The notes under the pieces were generated by a model, which worked only from the letters and a program-made list of their open reading frames with translations, was not told where the DNA came from and ran no database searches. A stretch of DNA of 56,352 nucleotides from IMG/VR virus record IMGVR_UViG_3300017911_001056, positions 1-56,352 of that record; one strand, 5' to 3'. Made by a program: the position numbers and the translations under genes. Positions 35,464 through 44,798 of the stretch are shown here, one piece after another (the stretch's first letter is position 1; each line of letters opens with the position of its first letter). Source of the DNA: a virus. Taxonomy: Duplodnaviria > Caudoviricetes.

Positions 35464-35642
35464 TTGTAAATAAAAGGATCTCTCTTACGCAACTCTTCAA
35501 TACGTTTTTTTAGTGCTTCTTCTTTTTCACGTTGTGTTGCTTCAGCAGATTGATCTTCGCCGTATCGGCCTCTGTCTCTATTGCCGTCGCTGTTAAGCTC
35601 AGTAAGATCCTGTTGCTTATCTTTGTAATTTTTTTCAGTCAT
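35460..35642 (-). CDS. Small charged protein ending RKRDPFIYK
   Basis: AAGGAG RBS and TAAATA upstream; first gene of the carbamoyltransferase unit. Confidence 0.7.
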   Translation of the reverse strand: MTEKNYKDKQQDLTELNSDGNRDRGRYGEDQSAEATQREKEEALKKRIEELRKRDPFIYK

Positions 35643-35665
35643 AACAACTCCTTCTAGTTAACTAT

Positions 35666-36907
35666 TTATTTCCATGCTCGGTATAAATTTGCTAAGTATG
35701 GATTGTCTCTTACACATTCTACTGCTTTATAATTACGACCATTAGAGTCAATGTATGTTAACCAACTACCGTTATTTGGGCTGATATGATCTATTTCATT
35801 GCCACCATTATTAGGTAATGTTTGTTTCCACATTCTCGGCCCTAATTTTGAAATTATACTTGGAAGGTATTCATCATTGTGTAATAGATCAATGTATCTG
35901 CAAATGTTGTGCTCTAATTTAGGCAATAGTTGCTGTGTAACATTGTTCAAATCTAAATTTAAACTTTGTAAACGTTTTAATTCTTCTGCTAATGCTATTG
36001 TACGCTCTCTGGGAGAAGCAATATCGTCAAATGAATAATCAAAAATTTCGTCGTATAACACAAACCCAAACTTTTGCAAGTCTCTGTTTTGATATTGTGC
36101 ACCATGTATGAGAAAAGGTTTCATGTACACAATAGGCCACACTGTTTTTTCTGTGTAAAAATGAGAGGTGATATTTGTTTCTGATACAACTTCCATGAAA
36201 GTACTTTCCCAGCCTTGTGGCTGTGTGTCGTATATAGGAAATTCTGGATTAAGATGATTTAAATTTTTACGCTCTCCATCAAAGTGTTCTGCACCAACTG
36301 CTTCCATCTGTTCTTCCAGACAGTTATTTGGATCTAAACAAGTGTAAACATTATTTTCTAGTAGATTGCGTTTGGCTAACTCGTCTAATAACAGTATCCT
36401 GTGTGCTTTTGCTTGCCTGACCTTTAATATAAACAGTGTGCTTTTCTGTACATTTATTGCACCAGGTACACGATTATAAGAATTTCGAAATATTTTAAAA
36501 CCATCCCAAGTTAAGAAAAAATTAGGCCAGAGAAACACTTCGTCTATAATTCCTCTGTCAACTAATGTTTCAAATAAAGGTTTGTTTGGATTATATCGTT
36601 CTAAATTATCATGTCTAACTTTAACAGTATCATCTACCACAAACTGCGTTGATGCTTGTTTATAGTTGCCTATTATTAAATACACTCTGTTGCCGTATTT
36701 GGCATTGTGTTGTGCTACTTCTTGGAATTTATTACTTTGTTCATCTGGATCTAAAGCATCTTCTCCGCCATTGAATATACTGCTTTCTCTGGCCACATCA
36801 AACACAATGTCTGTGTTTTGATATTGTAAACAAAAGTTAAGTACTTTTGGTATGTTAAGTGAGTCTCGCCAAACTTCGTAGTGTGCTGTTTGTCTTTCTG
36901 AAATCAT
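35666..36907 (-). CDS. GT10-like (fucosyltransferase-motif) glycosyltransferase, paralogue 4
   Basis: EVVSET...FYTEKTVWPIVYMKPF...GFVLYDEIFDYSFD. Confidence 0.55.
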   Translation of the reverse strand: MISERQTAHYEVWRDSLNIPKVLNFCLQYQNTDIVFDVARESSIFNGGEDALDPDEQSNKFQEVAQHNAKYGNRVYLIIGNYKQASTQFVVDDTVKVRHDNLERYNPNKPLFETLVDRGIIDEVFLWPNFFLTWDGFKIFRNSYNRVPGAINVQKSTLFILKVRQAKAHRILLLDELAKRNLLENNVYTCLDPNNCLEEQMEAVGAEHFDGERKNLNHLNPEFPIYDTQPQGWESTFMEVVSETNITSHFYTEKTVWPIVYMKPFLIHGAQYQNRDLQKFGFVLYDEIFDYSFDDIASPRERTIALAEELKRLQSLNLDLNNVTQQLLPKLEHNICRYIDLLHNDEYLPSIISKLGPRMWKQTLPNNGGNEIDHISPNNGSWLTYIDSNGRNYKAVECVRDNPYLANLYRAWK

Positions 36908-36927
36908 AGAGTGTGAAAACCTTTGTC

Positions 36928-36952
36928 GATAAATACTGTTTTAATATTTATC
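36928..36952. promoter_or_regulatory. Pair of opposing GATAAATA late-type promoter motifs
   Basis: GATAAATA on + (36928-36935) and on - (36952-36945) in the 60-nt gap between divergent genes. Confidence 0.5.
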
Positions 36953-36966
36953 ACAGGAACACACAC

Positions 36967-37575
36967 ATGAGCTTTAAAACTGTTAGAGAATTTGAAAAGT
37001 CTATAGCAGATTTTTATGACGCACCTTATGCTGTGGCAGTAGATTGCTGTACACATGCAATAGAACTATGTTTGAGGTATAACACTCCTACTGAAAGTGT
37101 AGGAGTTCCTACGCACACATATATCAGCATTCCTTTTGTTTGCGAAAAACTAGGAATTGAATGGCACTGGAATGATTTAGAGTGGGAAAACTATTACACT
37201 CTAGAGAACACTGATATTATTGATGCCGCTGTGCATTTTAAACATGGAGGATATATACCTCTAAGTTTTATGTGTTTAAGTTTTCAATTTAAAAAACCCC
37301 TGAATTTGGGCAGAGGAGGTGCTATACTGTGTCATCACAAAGAAGACTATGATGCTTTAAAACAAATGAGCTATGATGGCAGAGTAGATGACGAGCCGTG
37401 GGCAAAGCAAGCAATAACCAGAGTAGGGTATCACTACTACATGACACCAGAAACTGCACAGATGGGCATAGACAAATTGCCCGACGTAGCACGTCAACAA
37501 TGGCCAGAATGGTCCTATAAGGATTATCCTTATTTGCCTGATATGCCTGTATTCAAAGGAAAAACACATGGATAA
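36967..37575 (+). CDS. Short DegT/DnrJ/EryC1/StrS-family PLP sugar aminotransferase
   Basis: EFEKSIADFY...YAVAVDCCTHAIEL, IIDAA, CLSFQFKKPLNLGRGGAI, GYHYYM; only ~202 aa; start ATG 36967. Confidence 0.8.
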   Translation: MSFKTVREFEKSIADFYDAPYAVAVDCCTHAIELCLRYNTPTESVGVPTHTYISIPFVCEKLGIEWHWNDLEWENYYTLENTDIIDAAVHFKHGGYIPLSFMCLSFQFKKPLNLGRGGAILCHHKEDYDALKQMSYDGRVDDEPWAKQAITRVGYHYYMTPETAQMGIDKLPDVARQQWPEWSYKDYPYLPDMPVFKGKTHG

Positions 37576-38308
37576 AATATTATTAGTTGCTGGTTGTAGT
37601 CATACAAGTGGTTCAGAGATTGACGGGTCACAAGACAGCGAATACAACAGAGCAAATTGTTATGGTGCTGTACTAGCAGATAAACTAGGCAGACGTCAAA
37701 TTAACATTGCAATGGTTGCTATGAGTAATCGTGCTATTGCTCGCAGTGTGTTAAATTGGTTTGACACAGAGTACAATGCAGACACAATGGATGTTATGGT
37801 ACTAATAGGCTGGAGTGAAAACATACGTTTGGACTATCCCAATGAGCCAGGCACCATTGACTACAAACAAGCAAATCCTGCCGCACATTATTATACAGAA
37901 ATCAATGAACATTTTATGCAAATCAATGCTGGATGGGCAGGCGGAACAGATTATGAAAGAAGTGTGATACCTTATTGGCACGAGTATCAAGCAAGACATG
38001 AATACATGTGCGAACTAGAATGTATTAACACAGTGTTACAAATGCAATACTTCTTTAACAGCAAAAACATTGATTACCTGATGTGCAACACAATGAAAAT
38101 GTTCTCGCCCGAAAACAAACATTTGAGTTTCTACATAGGGCTAGTAGATCAAAAAAAATATATGGATATGCTAGACAACGATGCTAGTTTCTTTTGGTAT
38201 TACAGAAATGCAGGTTATGAAAATCCTAAAGCACAGTATTGGCATCACAATGAAGAGCCACATAGGCTGTATGCTGAGAAGTTATACAATTTTAAAGCCG
38301 TTGAGTAA
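37568..38308 (+). CDS. SGNH/GDSL-like hydrolase or acyltransferase
   Basis: VAGCSHTSG (block I), NIAMVAMSN, IGWS, C-terminal WHHNEEPHRLYAE. Confidence 0.6.
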   Translation: MDKILLVAGCSHTSGSEIDGSQDSEYNRANCYGAVLADKLGRRQINIAMVAMSNRAIARSVLNWFDTEYNADTMDVMVLIGWSENIRLDYPNEPGTIDYKQANPAAHYYTEINEHFMQINAGWAGGTDYERSVIPYWHEYQARHEYMCELECINTVLQMQYFFNSKNIDYLMCNTMKMFSPENKHLSFYIGLVDQKKYMDMLDNDASFFWYYRNAGYENPKAQYWHHNEEPHRLYAEKLYNFKAVE

Positions 38309-39172
38309 ATCAATAAAACAATCATCAGTCCACAAGTCAGTGTAGATTTTATGCGTATATGATTTTCGCTCTCGATAATGAAGATCTATTAACTTTTCAA
38401 ACTGTACATCTTTGTTTATTGGTTTAGTAGCATCTTGATTCACACACCACCTGAAAAGTTTTCCTTGCCATCGCAGTGCATAAGCAACTGTGTCTTCGTC
38501 TAATTCAAAAGAGGTGCACTCTTGAACATATCTCAAATGATCGCTAGGCAATGGGTGACCGTCTATGTCCATTAAGCGTTTTAATGGGTCGGTTTGTCCT
38601 TCTGAATTTACAATTATTTTTTCCCAATCTTGGCCCATGTTCCAGGTAGCATGAATATACTTGTCGTATATCTCTTCACCTATATCTTGCCGATCTTTAT
38701 CCTCATTGGGACCTGGTTCGTGTACAGGAATACTGTCTTCGTGTGTTATGTTAAAGCATTTTCGTGCACTGTTGATTGCAACAATGTTCTTGACAATATC
38801 GTTTTCTAGACTCCAATATTTTAAAAAGTTGTTATCAAAGATTTGATTACCTTTTGGGTCTGCCATAGTTGTGAGAATGTTTCCTTCCTTGGTCCATCTT
38901 CCTCGTCTTTGAGCACCGGTCCAGTGATAGTTTACTATGTATCTATCTTCTCGAGTCCAACTACTCCACATCACCAAGATTATATCATCTGATTGGAATT
39001 TATATTTTTGATCTGCCATAAACAGAGATGCAACGATGTATTGGTTACCTCCGCCACTGCTGGCAAAGTTATAATATTTGCCACCGTTGTTGTGAGCTGT
39101 TTTGCCAATCAAATCTGCCCATGTAGGCCACAAATAGTCTGTGAGACTACAACCAAATGCAAAAACTCTCAT
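38282..39172 (-). CDS. SGNH/GDSL-like hydrolase or acyltransferase
   Basis: FAFGCSLT...WPTWAD, NFASSGGGN, VMWSSWTRED, DGHPLPSDH. Confidence 0.6.
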   Translation of the reverse strand: MRVFAFGCSLTDYLWPTWADLIGKTAHNNGGKYYNFASSGGGNQYIVASLFMADQKYKFQSDDIILVMWSSWTREDRYIVNYHWTGAQRRGRWTKEGNILTTMADPKGNQIFDNNFLKYWSLENDIVKNIVAINSARKCFNITHEDSIPVHEPGPNEDKDRQDIGEEIYDKYIHATWNMGQDWEKIIVNSEGQTDPLKRLMDIDGHPLPSDHLRYVQECTSFELDEDTVAYALRWQGKLFRWCVNQDATKPINKDVQFEKLIDLHYRERKSYTHKIYTDLWTDDCFIDLLNGFKIV

Positions 39173-40569
39173 TTGTTAAATTCCTCTTTGCTCCACTCGC
39201 TGTCCCAACTGATAGAAACAGCATTGTCTGGATCTACTGCTTCACTGAGAGTGCCTGTTTGTGTGTTGTCTACTGCATTCCAAAAGTTATGCTCTAGTAT
39301 AGGAATCATTTCTTGATGCATATCAAACAACTGATCGTACGACAATGACTCAATGTAATCTATGATTTCCACAATCTTTTTAAATCTAATCATGTGATTG
39401 TGTTCTAAATCGTAACTTTCGTCCCACCATCGATCAAATGTCTTATATCCTGCTTCCTTCATGCATTTGAGTGTTTCTGGAGGAGCAACAATCACAAATG
39501 GTGTTTTGTACTGTACTGCTTGTATTACTTTTTCGCTCCAGTTTCCAGTAGGCTGTGCAAATCTACTTTCTGCTTGTATGCTTAAAAATGTATGGCTGTA
39601 CATTTCCTTCAATGGCTGATGTACTTCATTGATGGCAATTGGGTTCATGCCTTCTTCTAATTTATTATTCACTAAATGTTGTGGATAATGATGTGCCGCA
39701 CCATCCGGTATATGCGTTGCTTGTGTTGCTTGTATATCAAGACACAACGGAGATAATTTGTTTAAAGATCTTGCACCAGTGATTACCCTTTCGTATAAGT
39801 CTGGTGCATATTTGTCAAAATCTTTTTTGGTTGCCCATGTACTGCCTTCGCCAAAGTTTTCTCCTGCGGCAAAATACCACGATAGGTAACAATCAGTTTT
39901 GTTTAAGATTGTGCTCAGTAACCATCTTGCTGTTGAATAACGCCATGTAGGACAAATTGTTTTTTTAGTGATTTCTTTTTTATAACCAGTGCCCACATTG
40001 TCATATATACGCATGTCTCGTAAAAACAAATCATCATATATCACATTCATATAATCGTCATACAAAGTGTAATACTCATTGACGTTGTAATCACATGTAG
40101 CCACAGTTACATTAGTAAGAGCATTTTCCCTAACATATTTGAATATGCTGTCCAACTCTTTGCTGCGAATGCGTTTTGTTTCTAAAGGCTCGTTGTAAAA
40201 TTCACTGTAGAATCCAAAGTTAAAATTGTGATAAAACTGACTTCCTTTTGGGTCATCTACTATGTGAGAACACAATGGCTCTGTGAGAAATATTTTTAGA
40301 CCGTGCTTGTTTAAATATTTACGTTCTGCGACTGTGTGCGTTTGTCTTTCCAGTGGACGTATTGGACCGTTAGAATAATATGCATACACAATCTGCTTAG
40401 GATCAGACAACCGTAAAGTACCCAATCTATCGTAACTTTTGTATGTGAGAGTAAGAAACTCTTGTGTCATTACATTGGGTATTTCCTTGAGTACCCAAGG
40501 TGCATTGTGTGCAAATAAACTTGTAGATGGTTGAAAGTAATCTACATTGTTATCATTTGTGTCTACCAT
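39169..40569 (-). CDS. GT10-like glycosyltransferase, paralogue 3
   Basis: SIQAES...WSEKVIQAVQYKTPF...GYKTFDRWWDESYD. Confidence 0.55.
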   Translation of the reverse strand: MVDTNDNNVDYFQPSTSLFAHNAPWVLKEIPNVMTQEFLTLTYKSYDRLGTLRLSDPKQIVYAYYSNGPIRPLERQTHTVAERKYLNKHGLKIFLTEPLCSHIVDDPKGSQFYHNFNFGFYSEFYNEPLETKRIRSKELDSIFKYVRENALTNVTVATCDYNVNEYYTLYDDYMNVIYDDLFLRDMRIYDNVGTGYKKEITKKTICPTWRYSTARWLLSTILNKTDCYLSWYFAAGENFGEGSTWATKKDFDKYAPDLYERVITGARSLNKLSPLCLDIQATQATHIPDGAAHHYPQHLVNNKLEEGMNPIAINEVHQPLKEMYSHTFLSIQAESRFAQPTGNWSEKVIQAVQYKTPFVIVAPPETLKCMKEAGYKTFDRWWDESYDLEHNHMIRFKKIVEIIDYIESLSYDQLFDMHQEMIPILEHNFWNAVDNTQTGTLSEAVDPDNAVSISWDSEWSKEEFNK

Positions 40570-41062
40570 TTATAAGTGTACCTGTTATCTGTAGTGCGTA
40601 TCTCAAGTCAACACCAATGTTGGAACTTGAATGTGGAGCGTCTGCACTCCACAGTAAATAGTCTCCTGCTTTCCAATTAACAATAGGATCGCCTTCAACA
40701 TCTAAATATTGTCCTGGTTTCCAGTCTTCCAAAAACAACAGAGCTCTATATACATCTTCTCTGTTTACTTCAAATACTTTTGTGTATGTGTTAAAATGAT
40801 CTACATGCTCGGGCATGATATCAAGTGTGCTCATTCTGTAAAAAACATAGCCACAGTTTTCTAATCCAATTTGTTCTGCAACTGTGTTTACCCAATCGGG
40901 CATTGGATTTCTGCTGTCATACATGTCACCAGAAAAACTTTCATGATAGTATCCCAACGAACGCCACTTAGTGATTTCTTCATCCATTAATGGCTGCTTT
41001 GTGTATTCAAAGTCTTTGTAATCGTCGTTCCAGCAAATATCTATGTTACCTAGTTTGTGCAT
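40553..41062 (-). CDS. 2OG-Fe(II) oxygenase-like (HxD...H) protein
   Basis: MPEHVDHF, LEDWKPG, APHSSSNIG..RYALQITG. Confidence 0.7.
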   Translation of the reverse strand: MHKLGNIDICWNDDYKDFEYTKQPLMDEEITKWRSLGYYHESFSGDMYDSRNPMPDWVNTVAEQIGLENCGYVFYRMSTLDIMPEHVDHFNTYTKVFEVNREDVYRALLFLEDWKPGQYLDVEGDPIVNWKAGDYLLWSADAPHSSSNIGVDLRYALQITGTLINGRHK

Positions 41063-41514
41063 TTTTCAACCTCAGTTTCTGTTCCATGATTCCACATGTA
41101 CCAAGAAACATCATTATTGTTGTCCTTAAAATCTTCATAAGGGTAAGCCATACAAGCATTAACCAGTATACCCACATCAATTGTGTTATTCAATTCACGT
41201 AATTCTCTGACATACCTTTGTATGCATCTACCCATATGAAAACCACAAAATCTTATGCATTCATATGTATCTATGTCAAATTCAGATATTTTTTTTATTA
41301 CACGATCCTTTTGTCTGTGATCAATAGTTGGCATCACATTATCTCTGCTAGGACATATATACCATATGTCTGTGCCTGCAAATCTTTCTGCAGTAATAAT
41401 TCTGTTTAAGTAAACACCAAACGCATAACTGTCATCTTTCATAAATGGATAGTATTCGAGATCATGCGGCATTAGATGACGCCATGCATCAGACACTAAT
41501 AATGCTTTACGCAT
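41050..41514 (-). CDS. Cysteine-hydrolase (isochorismatase)-like protein
   Basis: ALLVSDAW at the N-terminus; FCGFHMGRCI. Confidence 0.45.
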   Translation of the reverse strand: MRKALLVSDAWRHLMPHDLEYYPFMKDDSYAFGVYLNRIITAERFAGTDIWYICPSRDNVMPTIDHRQKDRVIKKISEFDIDTYECIRFCGFHMGRCIQRYVRELRELNNTIDVGILVNACMAYPYEDFKDNNNDVSWYMWNHGTETEVEKCTN

Positions 41515-42481
41515 TGCCTCTCTCCAAATCTAGTGTAACACAATGGAATCCACCGCCTAGTGTTCTTTGATGTCTAGTAGGCAACATTGCACAATCTATG
41601 TTGTACTTTTCTAATTCTTTTCTTAAACTGTGTTGATTTTCTTCTAACACTATTAAGTTTTCATTGATGCTCATCATGTTCATGTTAATCCATACACTAG
41701 CATTATTATAGTTACCATAGTAACCAATGTCTGTAGGTTCTGGACACATGATATAATCCCACTTGTTAAACGGTGCAGGAAGCACGTTAACGTCTTTTAT
41801 TCTAGTAGGGTTCAACAACATTAACCCTTCTCTTAAAAACGCTACAGTGCTGTCTATGTGCATGTAAGAGTACACTCCTTCTAGTAGTCTCACAGTCGCA
41901 GTGTTACCTAATTGTTGTTGTAGGTATTCAGCACCTTTTTTGTTACCTGAGTTACTGACAAGATACAGTATTTCATCGTTTGCTCTAATAGCATTAGCGG
42001 CATCAAATGCAGGATATTTTTCATTGAGTGCAAGTATGTCTGGGTCGCCTACGCAACGATGATCAAACTTGTCTACGCCATTGTGTCTTGGAGCAACTAA
42101 AAATTCATCACCAAATGCATGTCTTATATTACTGAAGTTAAACTCTCTTGCTTTGATAGGCATAGGTGTTGCAATAGCATTCTCACCATGTACAAACACA
42201 ATGTCTCTAGGACAGTAATCATAATAGTGTACTGGAGAAACTGGCTGAGGACGTACTACTTCTATGCCTTCGCCTTTGAGGAAATTTGCAAATGTTTCTA
42301 AATCTTCATTTGCTTCGTCTACGACTATTTGAGGATAAGGTCCGTGTTCAATAGTACTCATGTCTTGCACGTCTGCGTAGTTTACATAACGTACACTGTC
42401 ATCAAGTGTTGGTACTCTTGCTCCTGTTGCTGAACCTACAATAACTCTTTTTAAAGGTTCCCATTCATTTGTTGCATACAT
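41507..42481 (-). CDS. Amidinotransferase (glycine / inosamine-phosphate type)
   Basis: NEWEPLKRVIVG, CPRD, FDAAN, SGNKKG, HIDST, GGGFHCVTLD. Confidence 0.9.
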   Translation of the reverse strand: MYATNEWEPLKRVIVGSATGARVPTLDDSVRYVNYADVQDMSTIEHGPYPQIVVDEANEDLETFANFLKGEGIEVVRPQPVSPVHYYDYCPRDIVFVHGENAIATPMPIKAREFNFSNIRHAFGDEFLVAPRHNGVDKFDHRCVGDPDILALNEKYPAFDAANAIRANDEILYLVSNSGNKKGAEYLQQQLGNTATVRLLEGVYSYMHIDSTVAFLREGLMLLNPTRIKDVNVLPAPFNKWDYIMCPEPTDIGYYGNYNNASVWINMNMMSINENLIVLEENQHSLRKELEKYNIDCAMLPTRHQRTLGGGFHCVTLDLERGNA

Positions 42482-44760
42482 TAGTCAATCTCTTTTACGT
42501 TTATTCTTGATACGTCAGAGACTTTGTCTGTGGCTGCGTTAAATGCTTCCTTACTGTTTAAGTGTACGTTGTCTTTGTTTACACCTGTTGAAATCTCATC
42601 TGGTACTTCTATTTGTGCTTCATTTCTTTCCCATTTGCCGGTGCCTACGAATTTATGTTCAAATGAGAAATCAATGTTTTCATTTAAAAACTTTTCTTCT
42701 TCGAGCAGATCATTAAAGTCAATATCATCACGCCCTTTCTTTTTATCCCATGTTGGCTTTGCTAATGCTCTTGCTCTTTGTGCTGCGTTTGATTGCATAC
42801 GTGAATAATCTTGTGCGAAAAATGGTCCTTTGCGTTCTGGTGCTCTATTGTCGTATGGATTATCCACTTGATCAAACTTGTATTCAAAGTTTGCTGTCCA
42901 TGCACCGTTCGCATTAATTCTAAACTTGTACACACCTGTAAACATACCTGGACCAAACTGCGAGCCAAACTCTTTTAAATCAATCTCAGGGTTAAATTTG
43001 ATCTCTGCTGTGTAACCTCCCTTAGTTAACCATAACAGTCTTAAGAAAGGCCAAATCTCATTTACCAAGTGATCGGCAAATGGTGATATGTTAGGCTTAA
43101 TAATCATGTAATCAAAATCGTCATACTCGATTTCGTATTGAGCGCCTGGATCATCTAGTTTGATATCGTAATGCTCTATTGCTAAGTTTCTACGAACAGG
43201 ATAACCAAAAGGTACTTCTGTTGAGTCTGATATTAAATCTAAGAACATGTGAAAGAACTTAACACGATGCATAACGTGTGTCCCACCAATAGAGAAGTCA
43301 TTTGCTATCCAATGATTTTGATATTTGTGCCAACTCACATTATATTTGTGTGGGTTCTGTCCTACAATAGTTTCTGGGCCTACTGCCATTCCTACGCCAG
43401 CACCAACATTGTTGATATTCATGTTTCGATTACGCCATAAGAATGTCATACTTTGTGCAAAGTCAAGATGCTTCTCTGTAGGAAAACCAACAATCCAGTT
43501 AGTTGCAGCCATTACGCCGTATTTCTTACCCCACTTAAAGTTGTCTTCCATCTCTTTGATAGTAACACCTTTGGCCATGTCATCTAACACTCTTTGCGAA
43601 CCACTTTCGATACCGTAGTTAAACATGATACAGCCGCCTTCGCCGGATATATCTCTGAAGTATTCTTCGTCCATGCGTCCATCACAACGTGCATATCCCG
43701 TCCAACGCATAGGAATCTTTTTAGCTCTTAGTGCAAGTGCAAATGCTCGTAACTCATTAGGGTTACCATTTACAAGCGAATCAATAAACCACATAATGTC
43801 TGCACCTTTGTTGTAGTACAACCATTCTGCTTCTGTGATAACATCAACTGCTTGTCGTTGTCTGTATTTCCAAAAGTGTGTTTCTTCGCAGAACGTACAC
43901 TTAGCAGTACAACCACGTGAGAATTCTGAAGTTACTCCATTAGGCACTTTGTAATCATTAAAGTCTAAACCTGTGTAGTCTGGCATAGGCATACCATTGA
44001 TGTTAATACGCTCAGTGTTAGACTGTTTCATGATGTAAGGTTTTTCTTCGTGCTCAATGCCGTTTTCAACATCATCTAATATTGCTAAAATAGCTGCTTC
44101 GCCTTCGCCTGCTACAACATAATCATATATGCCTCTGTGGTCAAACCAATCCTTATGTACATTACTTCCACCTACTGCTAACTTAATATGCGGCGCACGT
44201 TCTTTGATCTGCTTTGCCATCCAGTTAGTAGGTTCTTCTGAAATGTAATATTGACTGAAACCAACCACTGTAGGATTCTTTTCGATAATCTGTTCTATGG
44301 CTTCTTCTAGTAAAGGTTCAAGCAACGGGTGCACATCGTTCATGTATGTTTCACCAAGCCAGTGCCAACTTGCACTAGGATCCCACAAACGGAAAGGAAG
44401 TTTACCTTCTGGTTGCCATTCTGTTTGATGTAAGTTGTATGCTTTTACATTCAAGTCCATGATCTCAGTTTCGTATCCTGCACTCTTACATATACCAGCA
44501 AGTCTTGCTAAGTTGAACGGAGGGAACTCTGGAGCCCATTCTGGGCACATAACTAGTACAATACTTGACTCTCTTGTTTTGTAGTCAACATATATACTGG
44601 TCATGTTTTTTTGCTGTACAGGTTTTGCGTACTGCTTAATAACTTCGTGCATAGACTGATGTCTTGCATCTTCGACACTTAGTTCAGGTTTTTCAGGTAG
44701 TTCTGTTTTTTCTTTTGCTAAGTTATTTAAATTAAAATCTATGGGCTGCTTGTCTGCCAT
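42481..44760 (-). CDS. Cobalamin-dependent (class B) radical SAM enzyme, probable methyltransferase
   Basis: N-terminal B12-binding region (PPFNLARLAG, DLN, VVGFS, AVGG, GEGE), SRGCTAKCTFC, GIESGSQRVL, IVGFPTE. Confidence 0.88.
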   Translation of the reverse strand: MADKQPIDFNLNNLAKEKTELPEKPELSVEDARHQSMHEVIKQYAKPVQQKNMTSIYVDYKTRESSIVLVMCPEWAPEFPPFNLARLAGICKSAGYETEIMDLNVKAYNLHQTEWQPEGKLPFRLWDPSASWHWLGETYMNDVHPLLEPLLEEAIEQIIEKNPTVVGFSQYYISEEPTNWMAKQIKERAPHIKLAVGGSNVHKDWFDHRGIYDYVVAGEGEAAILAILDDVENGIEHEEKPYIMKQSNTERININGMPMPDYTGLDFNDYKVPNGVTSEFSRGCTAKCTFCEETHFWKYRQRQAVDVITEAEWLYYNKGADIMWFIDSLVNGNPNELRAFALALRAKKIPMRWTGYARCDGRMDEEYFRDISGEGGCIMFNYGIESGSQRVLDDMAKGVTIKEMEDNFKWGKKYGVMAATNWIVGFPTEKHLDFAQSMTFLWRNRNMNINNVGAGVGMAVGPETIVGQNPHKYNVSWHKYQNHWIANDFSIGGTHVMHRVKFFHMFLDLISDSTEVPFGYPVRRNLAIEHYDIKLDDPGAQYEIEYDDFDYMIIKPNISPFADHLVNEIWPFLRLLWLTKGGYTAEIKFNPEIDLKEFGSQFGPGMFTGVYKFRINANGAWTANFEYKFDQVDNPYDNRAPERKGPFFAQDYSRMQSNAAQRARALAKPTWDKKKGRDDIDFNDLLEEEKFLNENIDFSFEHKFVGTGKWERNEAQIEVPDEISTGVNKDNVHLNSKEAFNAATDKVSDVSRINVKEID

Positions 44761-44782
44761 TATTAATATCCTATTAGTGTAC

Positions 44783-44790
44783 TATTTATC
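44783..44790 (-). promoter_or_regulatory. Candidate late-type promoter GATAAATA
   Basis: In the 38-nt gap, ~23 nt upstream of the B12-rSAM ATG. Confidence 0.5.
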
Positions 44791-44798
44791 GAGTACTT

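Noticed and set aside
33782-42481. Saxitoxin-like cluster (amidinotransferase + carbamoyltransferase + SGNH + oxygenase)
   Set aside because: No SxtA-like PKS/AONS or other core genes; these families are generic tailoring enzymes
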